Origin: an uncultured Acidobacteriota bacterium
GTDB taxonomy: Bacteria > Acidobacteriota > Vicinamibacteria > Vicinamibacterales > UBA8438
Assembly: GCA_913043225.1 (NCBI GenBank)
Contig: CAJWLU010000004.1
Location: 153,228-217,227, forward strand
Length of the DNA stretch: 64,000 nucleotides
Direction of reading: 5' to 3'
A program made the position numbers and the translations under genes. Below, in pieces: positions 18,921 to 29,508 of this stretch (position 1 is the first letter of the stretch; each line of letters starts with the position of its first letter). Below the pieces are notes generated by a model. That model did not search any database and had not been told where the DNA came from. It saw nothing but the letters and a program-made list of their open reading frames with translations.

Positions 18921-19002
18921 AGCAACTAGATGTCGAGTGGAATGGACCCTTGCGGAATAGGTCTCGGGGCGGAGTCGCACGAAGCTTGAGGAAAGCTGAG
19001 AC

Positions 19003-19848
19003 TTAGGGAACCAGGAAGCTACCGACGTTCTGGCGAGTGATGCGGGCCGTCACCACCTCTCCAGGCGCGCCCAGTGACCGGCCGGGCCGCTGATTGATCG
19101 CGAACTCGAAGGCACCCGCGTTCCCTATGTTTATCACGATCTCGTCGCCCGCCTGATACGACTCGCGTTCACCCCCTTGCATGACTCGGGAGAAGATCAG
19201 GATCCCGTCGATCGTCAGCGAGACCCAACAGTCGTCTGTTGGCTGTAACACCAGCGACAAGAACTCGGCGGCCACATCCTGATCGTCGCTCTCGTTGGCG
19301 CCGGTCACAGGCAAAGCGACCACCGTGGACTCCGACGCGGCAGGCGACTCGTTCACCGCGGCCGGTTGGGTTTCTACTACCTGTTCCGCTGCCTCGTCGA
19401 CTGCCGTGGAGTCGCGAGACCCGAAATACAGGAGACCGCCGGCAAGCGGAATCCCCACGACCAGCAGCGTCATCACCGTGCCGGCCATCCGCCGCTGACT
19501 CTTGACGTCGTCGTACCCATCAGCCAGAGAATCAGCGCTAGAAGCCTCCTTCACCGTCTCTGGCAGCACCTGCGCGATGTAGTCGCGCAGGGTCTCCTCG
19601 GGGTCGAGCCCGACCTCATTGGCATAGGCCCGCACAAACGCTCGCGTGAAGATCCCTCCAGGGAGCCGCGCAACGTCATTCCCCTCGACGGCTTCTAGAG
19701 CGCTCACTGAGATCTTGGTCATCGTGGCGATCTCACGCAGAGTAAACTGCTTGGCCTCGCGGGCCGCACGCAGACGGGCACCCACGTCACTTTGGCCAGT
19801 CGCCGGCCTTTCAGCTCCGTCGGAGTCCTGTAGCTTGATCCGGTCCAT
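19003..19848 (-). CDS. rodZ: RodZ-family protein (HTH, TM, DUF4115)
   Basis: GARLRAARE, LPGGIFTRAFVRAYA, single TM, CWVSLTIDG, IGNAGA. Confidence 0.88.
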   Translation of the reverse strand: MDRIKLQDSDGAERPATGQSDVGARLRAAREAKQFTLREIATMTKISVSALEAVEGNDVARLPGGIFTRAFVRAYANEVGLDPEETLRDYIAQVLPETVKEASSADSLADGYDDVKSQRRMAGTVMTLLVVGIPLAGGLLYFGSRDSTAVDEAAEQVVETQPAAVNESPAASESTVVALPVTGANESDDQDVAAEFLSLVLQPTDDCWVSLTIDGILIFSRVMQGGERESYQAGDEIVINIGNAGAFEFAINQRPGRSLGAPGEVVTARITRQNVGSFLVP

Positions 19849-20506
19849 GACTCTGTATGTAGCGTTGACGAATCTCACCTACGAGACTTCGGAGCCGGGC
19901 CGGCTCGCGAACCTCGCCGAACAAGCCGATGGCGGCAACCCCGGCCGCACCTTCACGAAACACCTCCCTTGAGTTATCGACCGTTATGCCGCCGATCGCC
20001 AGTATCGGGAGAGAGAGCGTCCGACTCCCTTCCCGGATTGGACCTGGTCCGCACGTTGGTGTGCCCGGCTTCGACACGGTCGGAAAGACCGTGCCCCAGA
20101 CCAGATAGTTCAATCCCCCACCCTCAACCGCCGCCCGGGCCTCGGCCAGCGAGTGCACCGACCGACCCAGTGGCAGCGCCGCCGGCAGCCAGCGCCGCGC
20201 GTCGGCGCCCTTCACCGAATGCGACCGCAGATGCACCCCGACGCCGCCCACCGCCAGGGCAAGATCAAGGCGATCGTTCACCAGCAGCTGGGTGGACCCA
20301 CCCGCCAGCCGGCTCACTGCCTGTCGCACCACCGAGTACAGCTGTCGGTCAGTCAACGACGGCTCACGGATCTGCACCAGATCGACACCAGCGTCTGCGG
20401 CCGCCTCGACTTGCGCCACCACCGCTTCGGGACCACCAGCGCCGGTCGCCCGACGCCCGGTCACCGCCATAACAAGCGGGCGCCGATCAGGTAACGCTCG
20501 ACTCAC
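19811..20506 (-). CDS. thiE: Thiamine phosphate synthase family
   Basis: VQIRE, LVNDRLDLA, GRSVHS, FPTVSKPG, AIGGIT. Confidence 0.85.
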   Translation of the reverse strand: MSRALPDRRPLVMAVTGRRATGAGGPEAVVAQVEAAADAGVDLVQIREPSLTDRQLYSVVRQAVSRLAGGSTQLLVNDRLDLALAVGGVGVHLRSHSVKGADARRWLPAALPLGRSVHSLAEARAAVEGGGLNYLVWGTVFPTVSKPGTPTCGPGPIREGSRTLSLPILAIGGITVDNSREVFREGAAGVAAIGLFGEVREPARLRSLVGEIRQRYIQSHGPDQATGLRRS

Positions 20507-20805
20507 AGCGACTCGCCCTCTCTTGACGACAGCGCAGAACGCACACCGGCACGATTCGCGCACGCGGAGGCGCTGCGGCGGCTCATCCAACTTCGAAAGA
20601 CGCCACCTAACTCCACCATCCCCGCTGCCACGTTCACTACACCCAATCCGCTCACCCCGCCCCGCACCGAAGGCCAGAGGATTATCTCCCCCACGCGGGG
20701 GAACAACTCGACCATGAGGTTACGCTCCCAGAACACCGACCAGGGCGCCACGAGCAACACCAGACCGGTTTCGAGCAGGTAAACAATGAGTAGCGTCCGA
20801 CCCAA
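20503..20805 (-). CDS. Small membrane hypothetical protein
   Basis: Hydrophobic segments; stop overlaps the thiE start (GTGA). Confidence 0.7.
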   Translation of the reverse strand: MGRTLLIVYLLETGLVLLVAPWSVFWERNLMVELFPRVGEIILWPSVRGGVSGLGVVNVAAGMVELGGVFRSWMSRRSASACANRAGVRSALSSREGESL

Positions 20806-21135
20806 ACGGCGAATCTCAGCCTCCCTCTAACTTCGCCGAGAGCCTGATGTCCATGTCGCGCAAACTCCATACGACGCGGCCACGCCCTGCAGCGCAGGAA
20901 CCACCGTCAGGACCCAGGCGTGAAAACCAGAAGTTCCCAACAACCGGGCCAAGGCACAAACCACTCGACGAGGCGCAGGAATCTGAAACCGACGGCCTGC
21001 CGCCTGTGGTCGGAAAATCCGACCTCAAGCGCGGCTTCGGGGACGAGATCAGGTCGCCTCGGGCTTCTGTCAGCCAACACCGTCACGCCCTCGCGGACCA
21101 TGGCTCTGCCGAGCCTAGAATTTCTTCGATCGATA

Positions 21136-21783
21136 TCAGTCGATCGTATCAAACAGGGAACGCGGCCTGAATGACCGGCGATGGACGGGCGAGTATCCGT
21201 GTCGAGCCATTGCGGCAAGATGCTCAGGCGTGGGGTAGCCTTTGTGACGGTCAAACCCATATCGAGGATCCTGCTGGTGGAGCTCCTGCATCCGGCGATC
21301 CCGCACGACCTTCGCCACAACCGAGGCCGCTGCGATTGCCGCACACCGCCGATCTCCACCGACCACACCGCGTTGAGGAATAAAGAGGCTCGGTATCCGG
21401 AACGCGTCAACGAGAGCAAAGTCGGGCAGAGGATGGAGTGCGACCACGGCATCACGCATCGCCGCCAGCGAAGCGTGGTGAATATTGAGTCGGTCGATGT
21501 CTGCCGGTTCCCTCATTCCCACTGACCAGCCAAGACAACGTTCGAGAATTTCGTCGTGCAGCCGGTCCCGCATGGCTGGGGTGAGCAGCTTGGAGTCGCG
21601 GAGCCCCCTCACTCGATCGTCGAGAGGCAAGACGACCGCCGCAGCCACGACAGGCCCAGCAAGGCAGCCACGCCCGACCTCGTCGACGCCGGCGATGCGC
21701 ACGAACCCGGCACGGCGCAACTCGTTCTCTATAGCTCGTCTGGCGAACGACCGACGTCGGCCCGACGCCCGTCGTCCCTTCAT
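21136..21783 (-). CDS. rnhB: Ribonuclease HII
   Basis: GVDEVGRGCLAGPV, DSKLL, IAAASVVAKV, HKGYPT. Confidence 0.97.
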   Translation of the reverse strand: MKGRRASGRRRSFARRAIENELRRAGFVRIAGVDEVGRGCLAGPVVAAAVVLPLDDRVRGLRDSKLLTPAMRDRLHDEILERCLGWSVGMREPADIDRLNIHHASLAAMRDAVVALHPLPDFALVDAFRIPSLFIPQRGVVGGDRRCAAIAAASVVAKVVRDRRMQELHQQDPRYGFDRHKGYPTPEHLAAMARHGYSPVHRRSFRPRSLFDTID

Positions 21784-21810
21784 TCGATGCGCCGCGGGTA
21801 ACGCGTCCGA

Positions 21811-22164
21811 CTACTGGGCCATGGGACGGCGCTTCTCGCGCAGGCGTGCAGCCCGTCCACGGAGCTTCCGCAGGAAGTAGAGCTTGGCGCGTCTGACCCG
21901 GGCAGCGCGTCCGATCTCGATCTTCGCGATCGACGGCGAGTGCAGCGGGAAGATCCGCTCCACACCCTGGCCGAACGAGACCTTCCGCACGGTGAACGTC
22001 CCACGGGGACCGCCGCGCTTTATCGCGATGATGACCCCCTCAAACACCTGAATTCGTTCTTTCTCGCCCTCGCGAATCTTGACGTGCACGCGGACGGTCA
22101 GGCCAGGCCGCAAGTCCGGCCGCTCGAGCATCTGAGCCTGTTCTATCGTTTCAATCGCATTCAT
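21811..22164 (-). CDS. rplS: 50S ribosomal protein L19
   Basis: [29 protein letters not shown]. Confidence 0.98.
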   Translation of the reverse strand: MNAIETIEQAQMLERPDLRPGLTVRVHVKIREGEKERIQVFEGVIIAIKRGGPRGTFTVRKVSFGQGVERIFPLHSPSIAKIEIGRAARVRRAKLYFLRKLRGRAARLREKRRPMAQ

Positions 22165-22924
22165 CTGCCTGCTCCCGATCGGACGACCTTGATGCATCGT
22201 CCCTCAACTCGCTCGACCACCGGCGCGCTTGCGCGTCCAGCGACGCTTGCCCCAACAGATCTGGCCGCCGGGCCTGGGTCCGCCGAAGCGCCTCTCGACG
22301 ACGCCACCGTTTAATCTCAACGTGGTGGCCTGACCGCAACACCTCGGGGACCTCGTACCCGTCGAACACCGCGGGACGGGTGTAGTGCGGGTGGTCCAGC
22401 AGTCCGTCCACGAACGACTCCTGCTCCACCGACTTCGCGTCCCCGACTACACCAGGCACCAGTCTAGCAACCGTATCAACCACCACCGCCGCGGCCAGTT
22501 CCCCCCCACTCAGCACGTAGTCACCGATGGAAATCTCCTCGGTCGCCAATGCCAAGCGGATCCGCTCGTCAACCCCTTCGTAGCGGCCGCACAGTAGCAC
22601 CACGTGCCTGCAGCTGCTGAGCGTGCTCGCCTGCTCATGCCGGAACACGCGTCCCTTCGGGGACATCAGCGCGACAACATCCGGTTTACCATGCTCCCGC
22701 CGGATCGCTGCCACCGCCCGGAAAAACGGCTCCGGCTTCAAGACCATCCCCGGGCCGCCACCGTAGGGCACATCGTCCACGGTCCGATGCCTGTCATCGG
22801 TGAAGTCCCGTAAGTCGTGGACGCCCACCCTTATCAGCCCGGACGCGACCGCCCGACCGACCACCCCGTCGGTCAGTAGCGCCTGGATCATCTTCGGGAA
22901 GATCGTGACGACATCGAACCTCAG
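22151..22924 (-). CDS. trmD: tRNA (guanine-N1)-methyltransferase, probable CTG start
   Basis: [11 protein letters not shown]-terminus, [34 protein letters not shown]. Confidence 0.95.
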   Translation of the reverse strand: MRFDVVTIFPKMIQALLTDGVVGRAVASGLIRVGVHDLRDFTDDRHRTVDDVPYGGGPGMVLKPEPFFRAVAAIRREHGKPDVVALMSPKGRVFRHEQASTLSSCRHVVLLCGRYEGVDERIRLALATEEISIGDYVLSGGELAAAVVVDTVARLVPGVVGDAKSVEQESFVDGLLDHPHYTRPAVFDGYEVPEVLRSGHHVEIKRWRRREALRRTQARRPDLLGQASLDAQARRWSSELRDDASRSSDREQADECD

Positions 22925-22951
22925 CTTGTCCTCCCACGCGCACTCCGCGCC

Positions 22952-23497
22952 CTAGGCGCCAGTCCGATTCAGTTCCACGAGACCGTCTGGCGGATCAACC
23001 TCGATCCGCCGTGCCGCCACATCGACCAGGACACAGATCGCGTCGACCAACGGTATCTGCACCTCATCGCCATCGTTCCGGAGAATCAAACGGTCCGCGC
23101 CCTCGCCCTCTTCGATGTCCGTCACCACACCGAGATGGTCACCCTCGACGGTCCCGACGCGGCACCCGATCAGTTCGTGACGGTAGTACTGCCCTGACGG
23201 TAACGCGGCAACGTCGATCTGCGGCACCCGGAGCTCTGCCGAGGCCAACACTTCGGCCATCGAGATAGACGTCACTCCGCCTAGACCGATGATGGGCCGA
23301 CCACGGTGAAACCGCACGTCCTCGATACAGTAGGCCGTCACCTCGCTTCCCTGTCTGATGAAGACCGTCTTCCCCGGCGCGAATCGCTCCTCAACAAAGT
23401 CGGAGTCTGGATCGACAATCACGCGCCCTCTGTTCCCGTGCGGACGCGCGATCCGGCCGACCGACACCATCTCGTCCCACTTGTCCGTGTCGGCCAT
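22952..23497 (-). CDS. rimM: Ribosome maturation factor RimM
   Basis: VGRIARPHGNRG, YYRHELIG; operon position. Confidence 0.94.
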   Translation of the reverse strand: MADTDKWDEMVSVGRIARPHGNRGRVIVDPDSDFVEERFAPGKTVFIRQGSEVTAYCIEDVRFHRGRPIIGLGGVTSISMAEVLASAELRVPQIDVAALPSGQYYRHELIGCRVGTVEGDHLGVVTDIEEGEGADRLILRNDGDEVQIPLVDAICVLVDVAARRIEVDPPDGLVELNRTGA

Positions 23498-23530
23498 GCT
23501 ATCGCAGACGCCGCCCAAGCCGCGCGGGGG

Positions 23531-23770
23531 TCAATCGACGAAGTCGACGGTAACCTGGCGCCCCTCGACGTCAGAAGCCAACTCGGCCAGCGCCCGGATC
23601 GACGATGCCGTCCGCCCCTGGCGCCCGATCATCCGTCCAAGATCTTGCCCGGTCGTGCTGAGCTCAACACGGGGGCCCTCGCGCCCTTCACCCTCCGTCA
23701 CCGATACGCCGTCTGGCTGATCGGCCAGCGCCCGACCGATGACCTCTACCACGTCGCGGGCCCGACTCAT
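23531..23770 (-). CDS. khpA: KH-domain RNA-binding protein
   Basis: DLGRMIGRQGRTA; lies between rpsP and rimM. Confidence 0.9.
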   Translation of the reverse strand: MSRARDVVEVIGRALADQPDGVSVTEGEGREGPRVELSTTGQDLGRMIGRQGRTASSIRALAELASDVEGRQVTVDFVD

Positions 23771-24078
23771 GTCGTCACCTGAGCCTCTTCCTTACCCTCG
23801 CCGGACTCGGCCGCCGGCGCCGCGTCCGTCTCGGACGCCTCGGGCCTCGGATGCCGCGACACCAAGGTCCGAACCGTGTCAGACATCCGTGCCCCGTTGC
23901 CCGTCCAGTAGCTCAGACGGTCGTAGTCTACGTCCAGAACTTCCGGATCAGTCCGCGGATCGTAGTGCCCTAGTAACTCCTTGAAACGTCCGTCCCGCGG
24001 CGCGCTCGACTCCATCACTGCGACTCGATAGAACGGCCGCTTCGTCGTTCCGACCCGACTCAATCGAATGGTCAACAT
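23767..24078 (-). CDS. rpsP: 30S ribosomal protein S16
   Basis: MLTIRLSRVG, PFYRV, PRDGRF, LGHYDP. Confidence 0.98.
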   Translation of the reverse strand: MLTIRLSRVGTTKRPFYRVAVMESSAPRDGRFKELLGHYDPRTDPEVLDVDYDRLSYWTGNGARMSDTVRTLVSRHPRPEASETDAAPAAESGEGKEEAQVTT

Positions 24079-24117
24079 TGCGTGCTTCTCTCCTCGCTTG
24101 CCAATCCTCTCTGGCGC

Positions 24118-25485
24118 TCATCCCATCGGGAACCGCATACCCGTGGGCAGACGGCGTCGGCCGCCCTTCTTTCGTCGCGACCGGGATACCCCCCCAACCG
24201 CACGGAGCATCTTCCGCATGTCCATGAACTGCTTAAGCAGACGGTTGACCTCCTGTACCGTCGTACCACTGCCCCGCGCGATCCGTCTCCGACGGCTGCC
24301 ATCAATGATCTGATGGTGGGTGCGCTCACGGCGAGTCATCGAGTCGATGATGGCCATCGTCTGCTTGAGCGCCCTCGGATTCACCTCCGCGCCATCCGGC
24401 AGTTGCGACGCCGTCTGGTTCATGCCCGGTATCAGTTCCGTGAGCTTCTCGAGCGGCCCCATCTTCGAGACCGAGGCCAACTGGTCTCGCATGTCCTGAA
24501 GGGTCAACTGATTCCGCCGGATCCTTTTCTCGAGCCGGGCCGCATCCTCCTGGCTGACAGCCTGTTCCGCCTTCTCGACCAGCGACAGCACGTCGCCCAT
24601 CCCGAGCATCCTGGACACTAGGCGATCGGGATGAAACGGCTGCAGATCCTCAATCCGCTCTCCGTCGCCGATGAAGGTCACGGGGACCCCAACGACCGAG
24701 ACGACCGACAGTGCGGCGCCGCCCCTGGCGTCGCCGTCCATCTTCGAGAGCACCACACCACTGATGTCGAGCCGGCGATTGAACTCGCCGGCGCTCTTGA
24801 TGGCATCCTGCCCAGTCATCGCATCGGCCACATAGAGCAGATCCGATGGAGCAAGCGAACTCTTGATCGCCTCGAGTTCGGCCATCAGGTCGTCGTCAAT
24901 GTGTAGTCGGCCGGCGGTGTCGACCAGAACAACATCGAAGCCCATTTCTCGCCCCGTCGTTACCGCCCCCTCAGCCCTTGCGACCACCGCCGTGTCAGCC
25001 GATGATTCGTGGACCCGGACGCCCGCATCCGAGGCCAACACACTCAGCTGTTCAATCGCGGCCGGTCGTCGAACATCGGTCGAGACCACGATCGGATGAC
25101 GTCCCTGCTGCTTCAGCCAGTGAGCGAGCTTCACCGTCGTGGTGGTCTTCCCTGCCCCCTGCAGACCGAGCAACAGCACCACCTGAGGCCGTTGCGAACT
25201 GACCGACAGCCCGGTCGGCCCATCGCCCAGCAATGCCCGCAGTTCGTCGCGCACGATGGCGACTACCTGTTGGGTCGGAGTCAGGCTGTCGAGCACCTCC
25301 CGGTCAACGGCGCGATCGCGAACCCGGTCGACGAATGCCTTGACGACCTTAAAGTTGACGTCAGCCTCGAGCAGCGCCATGCGGATCTCACGCAGCGCCG
25401 TCTCGACCGCCTCGGGCGTGAGGCGCGACTCGCGTCCAATGGAGGCAAAGACCTCCTGGAGACGCTCGCTAAGTGAGGCAAACAT
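24118..25485 (-). CDS. ffh: Signal recognition particle protein
   Basis: LLEADV, GLQGAGKTT, DTAGR, DGDARGG, M-domain LGMGD and SRRRRIARGSG. Confidence 0.98.
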   Translation of the reverse strand: MFASLSERLQEVFASIGRESRLTPEAVETALREIRMALLEADVNFKVVKAFVDRVRDRAVDREVLDSLTPTQQVVAIVRDELRALLGDGPTGLSVSSQRPQVVLLLGLQGAGKTTTTVKLAHWLKQQGRHPIVVSTDVRRPAAIEQLSVLASDAGVRVHESSADTAVVARAEGAVTTGREMGFDVVLVDTAGRLHIDDDLMAELEAIKSSLAPSDLLYVADAMTGQDAIKSAGEFNRRLDISGVVLSKMDGDARGGAALSVVSVVGVPVTFIGDGERIEDLQPFHPDRLVSRMLGMGDVLSLVEKAEQAVSQEDAARLEKRIRRNQLTLQDMRDQLASVSKMGPLEKLTELIPGMNQTASQLPDGAEVNPRALKQTMAIIDSMTRRERTHHQIIDGSRRRRIARGSGTTVQEVNRLLKQFMDMRKMLRAVGGVSRSRRKKGGRRRLPTGMRFPMG

Positions 25486-25546
25486 GGGTGCTGTCTCTCG
25501 ATCGAACCGCGCTTTCCTACCTTAAGCGGTTCAAACGCAACCGTTT

Positions 25547-25576
25547 ATTTTAACGGGGAGCGAGACAAGCTGTCAA
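25547..25576 (-). promoter_or_regulatory. Sigma70 promoter of the ffh operon
   Basis: TTGACA-18 nt-TAAAAT on the minus strand. Confidence 0.75.
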
Positions 25577-25590
25577 ACAAGCGAAGGCGA

Positions 25591-26868
25591 TCACACGGAC
25601 TTCAGCGTGTGACCAAGCTTCGTCTTTTTTGTCCGCAGATAAGTGCGTGCCAAACCCGTGGTGGGAACTTCGAGCGCGAGTGTCGCCGACACCGACAACC
25701 CGTAACCCTCGAGCCCGACAAACTTCCGGGGATTGTTGGTGAGCAGGCGCATGCTGCGCACACCCAGGTCGCTCAGAATCTGCGCCCCGATGCCATAGTC
25801 ACGCTGATCCGGTTGGAAGCCGAGACGTTCGTTCGCCTCGACCGTGTCGAGACCCTGATCCTGGAGGTGATAGGCCCGAATCTTGTTCGTAAGACCGATG
25901 CCGCGCCCCTCCTGATTGAGATACAGGAGCACGCCCCGATCCTCCTCGGAGATCCGAGTCATCGCAGTGTGGAGCTGGGGTCCGCAATCGCAGCGTGCCG
26001 AGTGAAACACCTCTCCGGTGAGGCACCGCGAATGCACGCGCACCAGCACGTCCTCGCCATCGGCCACTTCGCCACGAACCAGCGCCAAGTGCGTCTCTCC
26101 GTTGACGACACTCTCGAACGCCACGAGCTCGAAGTCGCCGTACTCGGTCGGAAGATTCGATGCCGCTGCCCGACGCACCAACCGCTCGTGACTCATCCGG
26201 TACTTGATCAGATCGGCAATAGTGATCATGACCAGCTTATGCTTGCGCGCGAAACGACGTAATTCGGGCACTCTGGCCATCGTGCCGTCCTCGTTCATGA
26301 TCTCGCAGATGACCCCGGCCGATTGCAGCCCCGCAATACGTGCCAGATCCACAGCCGCCTCGGTCTGCCCGGCACGCACCAGCACGCCACCATCGCGCGC
26401 CCGCAGCGGGAACATGTGCCCGGGACGGGCCAACTCGGCCGCGGTCGTCGTTGGGTCGGCAGCCACCTGGGCGGTCACGGCCCGGTCCGCGGCGGAGATT
26501 CCGGTTGTCGTCCGTTCCTTGGCCTCGATCGAGACACAAAAGGCCGTATCGAACTTAGACGTGTTACGTTCGACCTGCAGCGGGATGTCCAGTTCGTCCA
26601 GTCGGGCCGCCGTCATCGGGAGACAGATCAGCCCCCGGCCGTGCTTGGCCATGAAGTTGATGATCTCCGGCGTGATCTTTTCGGCAGCCACGGTGAGATC
26701 ACCTTCGTTCTCGCGGTCCTCGTCGTCGACGACGATGACCATCTTGCCCTCGCGAATGGCGACGATCGCCTCCTCCACGGGCGCGAATCCGCTGGCCCGT
26801 GTCGACAGCGCTAATCCGAGCGCGCTCTTCCTTGCGCGGGTTCGTTTCCGTGCGATCTTCTCAGCCAT
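25591..26868 (-). CDS. ribBA: DHBP synthase / GTP cyclohydrolase II
   Basis: [40 protein letters not shown]. Confidence 0.97.
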   Translation of the reverse strand: MAEKIARKRTRARKSALGLALSTRASGFAPVEEAIVAIREGKMVIVVDDEDRENEGDLTVAAEKITPEIINFMAKHGRGLICLPMTAARLDELDIPLQVERNTSKFDTAFCVSIEAKERTTTGISAADRAVTAQVAADPTTTAAELARPGHMFPLRARDGGVLVRAGQTEAAVDLARIAGLQSAGVICEIMNEDGTMARVPELRRFARKHKLVMITIADLIKYRMSHERLVRRAAASNLPTEYGDFELVAFESVVNGETHLALVRGEVADGEDVLVRVHSRCLTGEVFHSARCDCGPQLHTAMTRISEEDRGVLLYLNQEGRGIGLTNKIRAYHLQDQGLDTVEANERLGFQPDQRDYGIGAQILSDLGVRSMRLLTNNPRKFVGLEGYGLSVSATLALEVPTTGLARTYLRTKKTKLGHTLKSV

Positions 26869-27496
26869 GCTGGTCTTCGGTTGATGCGGCGCTGTCGGGC
26901 AACCGGAAGTCCCCGAACTCGAGCGCTCGGAGGACGTACTTCCCGATGATATCGCACTCCAGATTCACGATATCGCCGACACGGCTCCGGCTGAGGTTCG
27001 TGTGCCCCCAAGTGAAGGGGATGATCTGCACCTCAAATCGTGACCGTTCGAGCGAGGCAACGGTCAGACTGATGCCGTCGACAGCGATCGATCCCCTCAT
27101 TACAAACAATCTCGCCAGCTTCGCTGGGAACCCGACGACGACCCTGTGGAACTCGGCTTCGTGGGCGATGCCTTCGATGATCCCGGTCGCATCCACGTGG
27201 CCCTGGACGAAGTGACCGCCCACGCGGGTGTCGGCTCGCATGGACCGCTCAAGGTTGACGACCCCGCCCACCGCCAACTTCCCCAAGCTGGTCACCCGGA
27301 CCGTCTCAGGCGAAACCTCCGCGTCAAACCGTCCCGCCGCCGTCTCGACCACAGTCAGACAGACGCCATTGACGGCGATGCTCTCGCCGAGTTCCAGCTC
27401 TGAGGCCACGTCGGTGCCCACCGCCACACGCCATCCCTTTGGGATCTCATCGAGCCCCACGACCTCACCTACGCCCTCAATCAAGCCGTTGAACAT
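26861..27496 (-). CDS. ribE: Riboflavin synthase
   Basis: [28 protein letters not shown]. Confidence 0.96.
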   Translation of the reverse strand: MFNGLIEGVGEVVGLDEIPKGWRVAVGTDVASELELGESIAVNGVCLTVVETAAGRFDAEVSPETVRVTSLGKLAVGGVVNLERSMRADTRVGGHFVQGHVDATGIIEGIAHEAEFHRVVVGFPAKLARLFVMRGSIAVDGISLTVASLERSRFEVQIIPFTWGHTNLSRSRVGDIVNLECDIIGKYVLRALEFGDFRLPDSAASTEDQHG

Positions 27497-28559
27497 CGCT
27501 CTCCATCAGCACATCGGTCCCGAGCCCCGTCCCGCGCCAGTCGAGTGAGCTCAGTGTCCCCCAGTGATCCGGCCACCATCCCACCCCATCCCCACCCAGC
27601 ACCGTCGGCGCCACGTAGAGACGGAGCCGGTCCACCACCCCAGCAGTCCAGCACGCACGATACATCAGAGCCCCACCCTCGAGCAGCACTGAACAGACGT
27701 CGTGGTCGACCAACCGACGCACAGCTTCCCTCGGGTCCCGCTCCGACAGGAGCTCGAGCATCGCCCCGGCCCGCGCGAGCGCCGACGCGCGTTCGGGAGC
27801 CTGGTCACATGCGCTGCGGGTAGTCATAACGACGACCGGCCCCTCCTCGAGCGTCCGAAGCAAACGCGCGGTAGGTGGCATTCGGAGACGAGTATCAAAG
27901 ACCACGCGAACCAAAGGCCGCCGTCGCTCTCGCTCGCCTCGCGCCGTCAGGACCGGATCGTCAACCAGCACCGTCTCCGACCCGACAGCGATGGCATCGA
28001 TCTCGGTACGCACGCGATGCGCGTGCCACTGAGCCGCCTCTCCGGTCAGCAAGGTCCGCGTGCCTGGCGCGGCAGCAATGCGTCCATCCCGGCTAACCGC
28101 GGCCTTAAGGGTTACAAACGGACGGCCTCGCTCTTTGACGCTGAGGAATCCCTCGTTGAGGCGACGGGCTGGCTCACGGAGGACGCCCGTGACGACTGGA
28201 ATCCCACTCATACGGAGGATCTCGCACCCCGCGCCGTCAACCCGCTGGTCGGGGTCTTCGGAGGCGACCACCACTCGCGCCACGCCCTCGGCCACGATGC
28301 GGCGGGCGCACGGCGGCGTCCGTCCCGTGTGGGAGCAGGGCTCCAAAGTGCAATAGAGTGTGGCGCCCCGGGCGGCGACGCCGGCGGCATCGAGAGCCAC
28401 CACCTCGGCGTGTCGTTCACCAGCCCGAGCGTGGTAACCCTCTCCCAGGATGACGTCGTCACGCACGAGGACGGCGCCAACCATCGGGTTGGGACTAGTC
28501 GCTCCCCGGCCGCGCGCGGCGAGCTCCAGCGCGTGGGCCATCCACTGCTCGTCGGTCAT
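27477..28559 (-). CDS. ribD: Riboflavin deaminase/reductase
   Basis: PNPMVGA, HAE, TLEPCSHTGRTPPC, LLEGG. Confidence 0.97.
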   Translation of the reverse strand: MTDEQWMAHALELAARGRGATSPNPMVGAVLVRDDVILGEGYHARAGERHAEVVALDAAGVAARGATLYCTLEPCSHTGRTPPCARRIVAEGVARVVVASEDPDQRVDGAGCEILRMSGIPVVTGVLREPARRLNEGFLSVKERGRPFVTLKAAVSRDGRIAAAPGTRTLLTGEAAQWHAHRVRTEIDAIAVGSETVLVDDPVLTARGERERRRPLVRVVFDTRLRMPPTARLLRTLEEGPVVVMTTRSACDQAPERASALARAGAMLELLSERDPREAVRRLVDHDVCSVLLEGGALMYRACWTAGVVDRLRLYVAPTVLGGDGVGWWPDHWGTLSSLDWRGTGLGTDVLMESDVQRLD

Positions 28560-29482
28560 CACCAAACCGGCTCGAACAGCGCGTCTACGTAGTCTTCAGC
28601 CGAGAACGGCAGCAGGTCGTCTATCTGTTCGCCGACACCGACGTATCTGATCGGCACTCCGAGCTCGGCGGTGATGGCCACCGCGATACCACCCTTTGCC
28701 GTACCGTCGAGCTTGGTCAGCACAATGCCGGTAACGCCGGCGGTTTCGAGGAAGGCACGCGCCTGCGGGAGCCCGTTCTGCCCAACGGTGGCGTCGAGCA
28801 CGAGCAGCGTTTCGTGCGGCGCTCCGGCAACTACCCGACCCGCTACACGCCGAATTTTGTCCAACTCAGCCATCAGGTTGGCCCGGGTGTGCAGCCGGCC
28901 CGCTGTGTCTACCAGAACCACATCGCGGCCCTTTGCCTTACCTGAAGACACCGCATCGAACACCACCGCTGCCGGATCGGATCCAGTTGTGGCGCGAATG
29001 AAATCGGCATTCACTCGACCCGCCCAGACCTCGAGCTGTTCAACCGCGGCGGCACGGAAGGTGTCGGCCGCGCAGATAACCGGCTGTTTGCCTTCGGAGG
29101 TCAGTAAACGCGCCAATCGGCCAACAGTGGTCGTCTTGCCAGTACCGTTCACCCCGACCACCAGCACGACTCTCGGCGAGACGTCCGGGGAAGGAGACGC
29201 GGGGCGGGCCTCAAGGAGGGCAAGCAGCTCGTCTCGGACCAGCGCCCGGAGGTCCCCGTCGTCCGCTCGGCCTCGCACCGCCTCAATCAGACGATTGGTT
29301 GCCGCAACACCGACGTCGGCCTCGATCAGCAGTTCCTCAAGAGCATCGAGTGTCTCGGCGGGCATCGTGCCCGCGCTCGCGCCAACCGGGACAACGCCGC
29401 CGGAACTCAAGCCGTCAAATCGTCCGACCAGTTGGTCCGTCGTACGGCGCAAACCGACCCGCAGACGCTCCAGCAAACTCAC
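28559..29482 (-). CDS. ftsY: SRP receptor
   Basis: GVNGTGKTTT, DTFRAAA, DTAGRLH, TKLDGTAKGG. Confidence 0.97.
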   Translation of the reverse strand: MSLLERLRVGLRRTTDQLVGRFDGLSSGGVVPVGASAGTMPAETLDALEELLIEADVGVAATNRLIEAVRGRADDGDLRALVRDELLALLEARPASPSPDVSPRVVLVVGVNGTGKTTTVGRLARLLTSEGKQPVICAADTFRAAAVEQLEVWAGRVNADFIRATTGSDPAAVVFDAVSSGKAKGRDVVLVDTAGRLHTRANLMAELDKIRRVAGRVVAGAPHETLLVLDATVGQNGLPQARAFLETAGVTGIVLTKLDGTAKGGIAVAITAELGVPIRYVGVGEQIDDLLPFSAEDYVDALFEPVW

Positions 29483-29508
29483 TCGTCCACTATCTCACAA
29501 CCGTCCGG

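Noticed and set aside
20810..21135. YraN gene or ncRNA after rnhB
   Set aside because: No YraN motifs in the frames examined; only isolated hairpins such as GGTCGGA/TCCGACC
25591..28600. FMN riboswitch or ribH in the rib cluster
   Set aside because: ribD overlaps the ftsY stop, leaving no leader; ribH is simply not in this window
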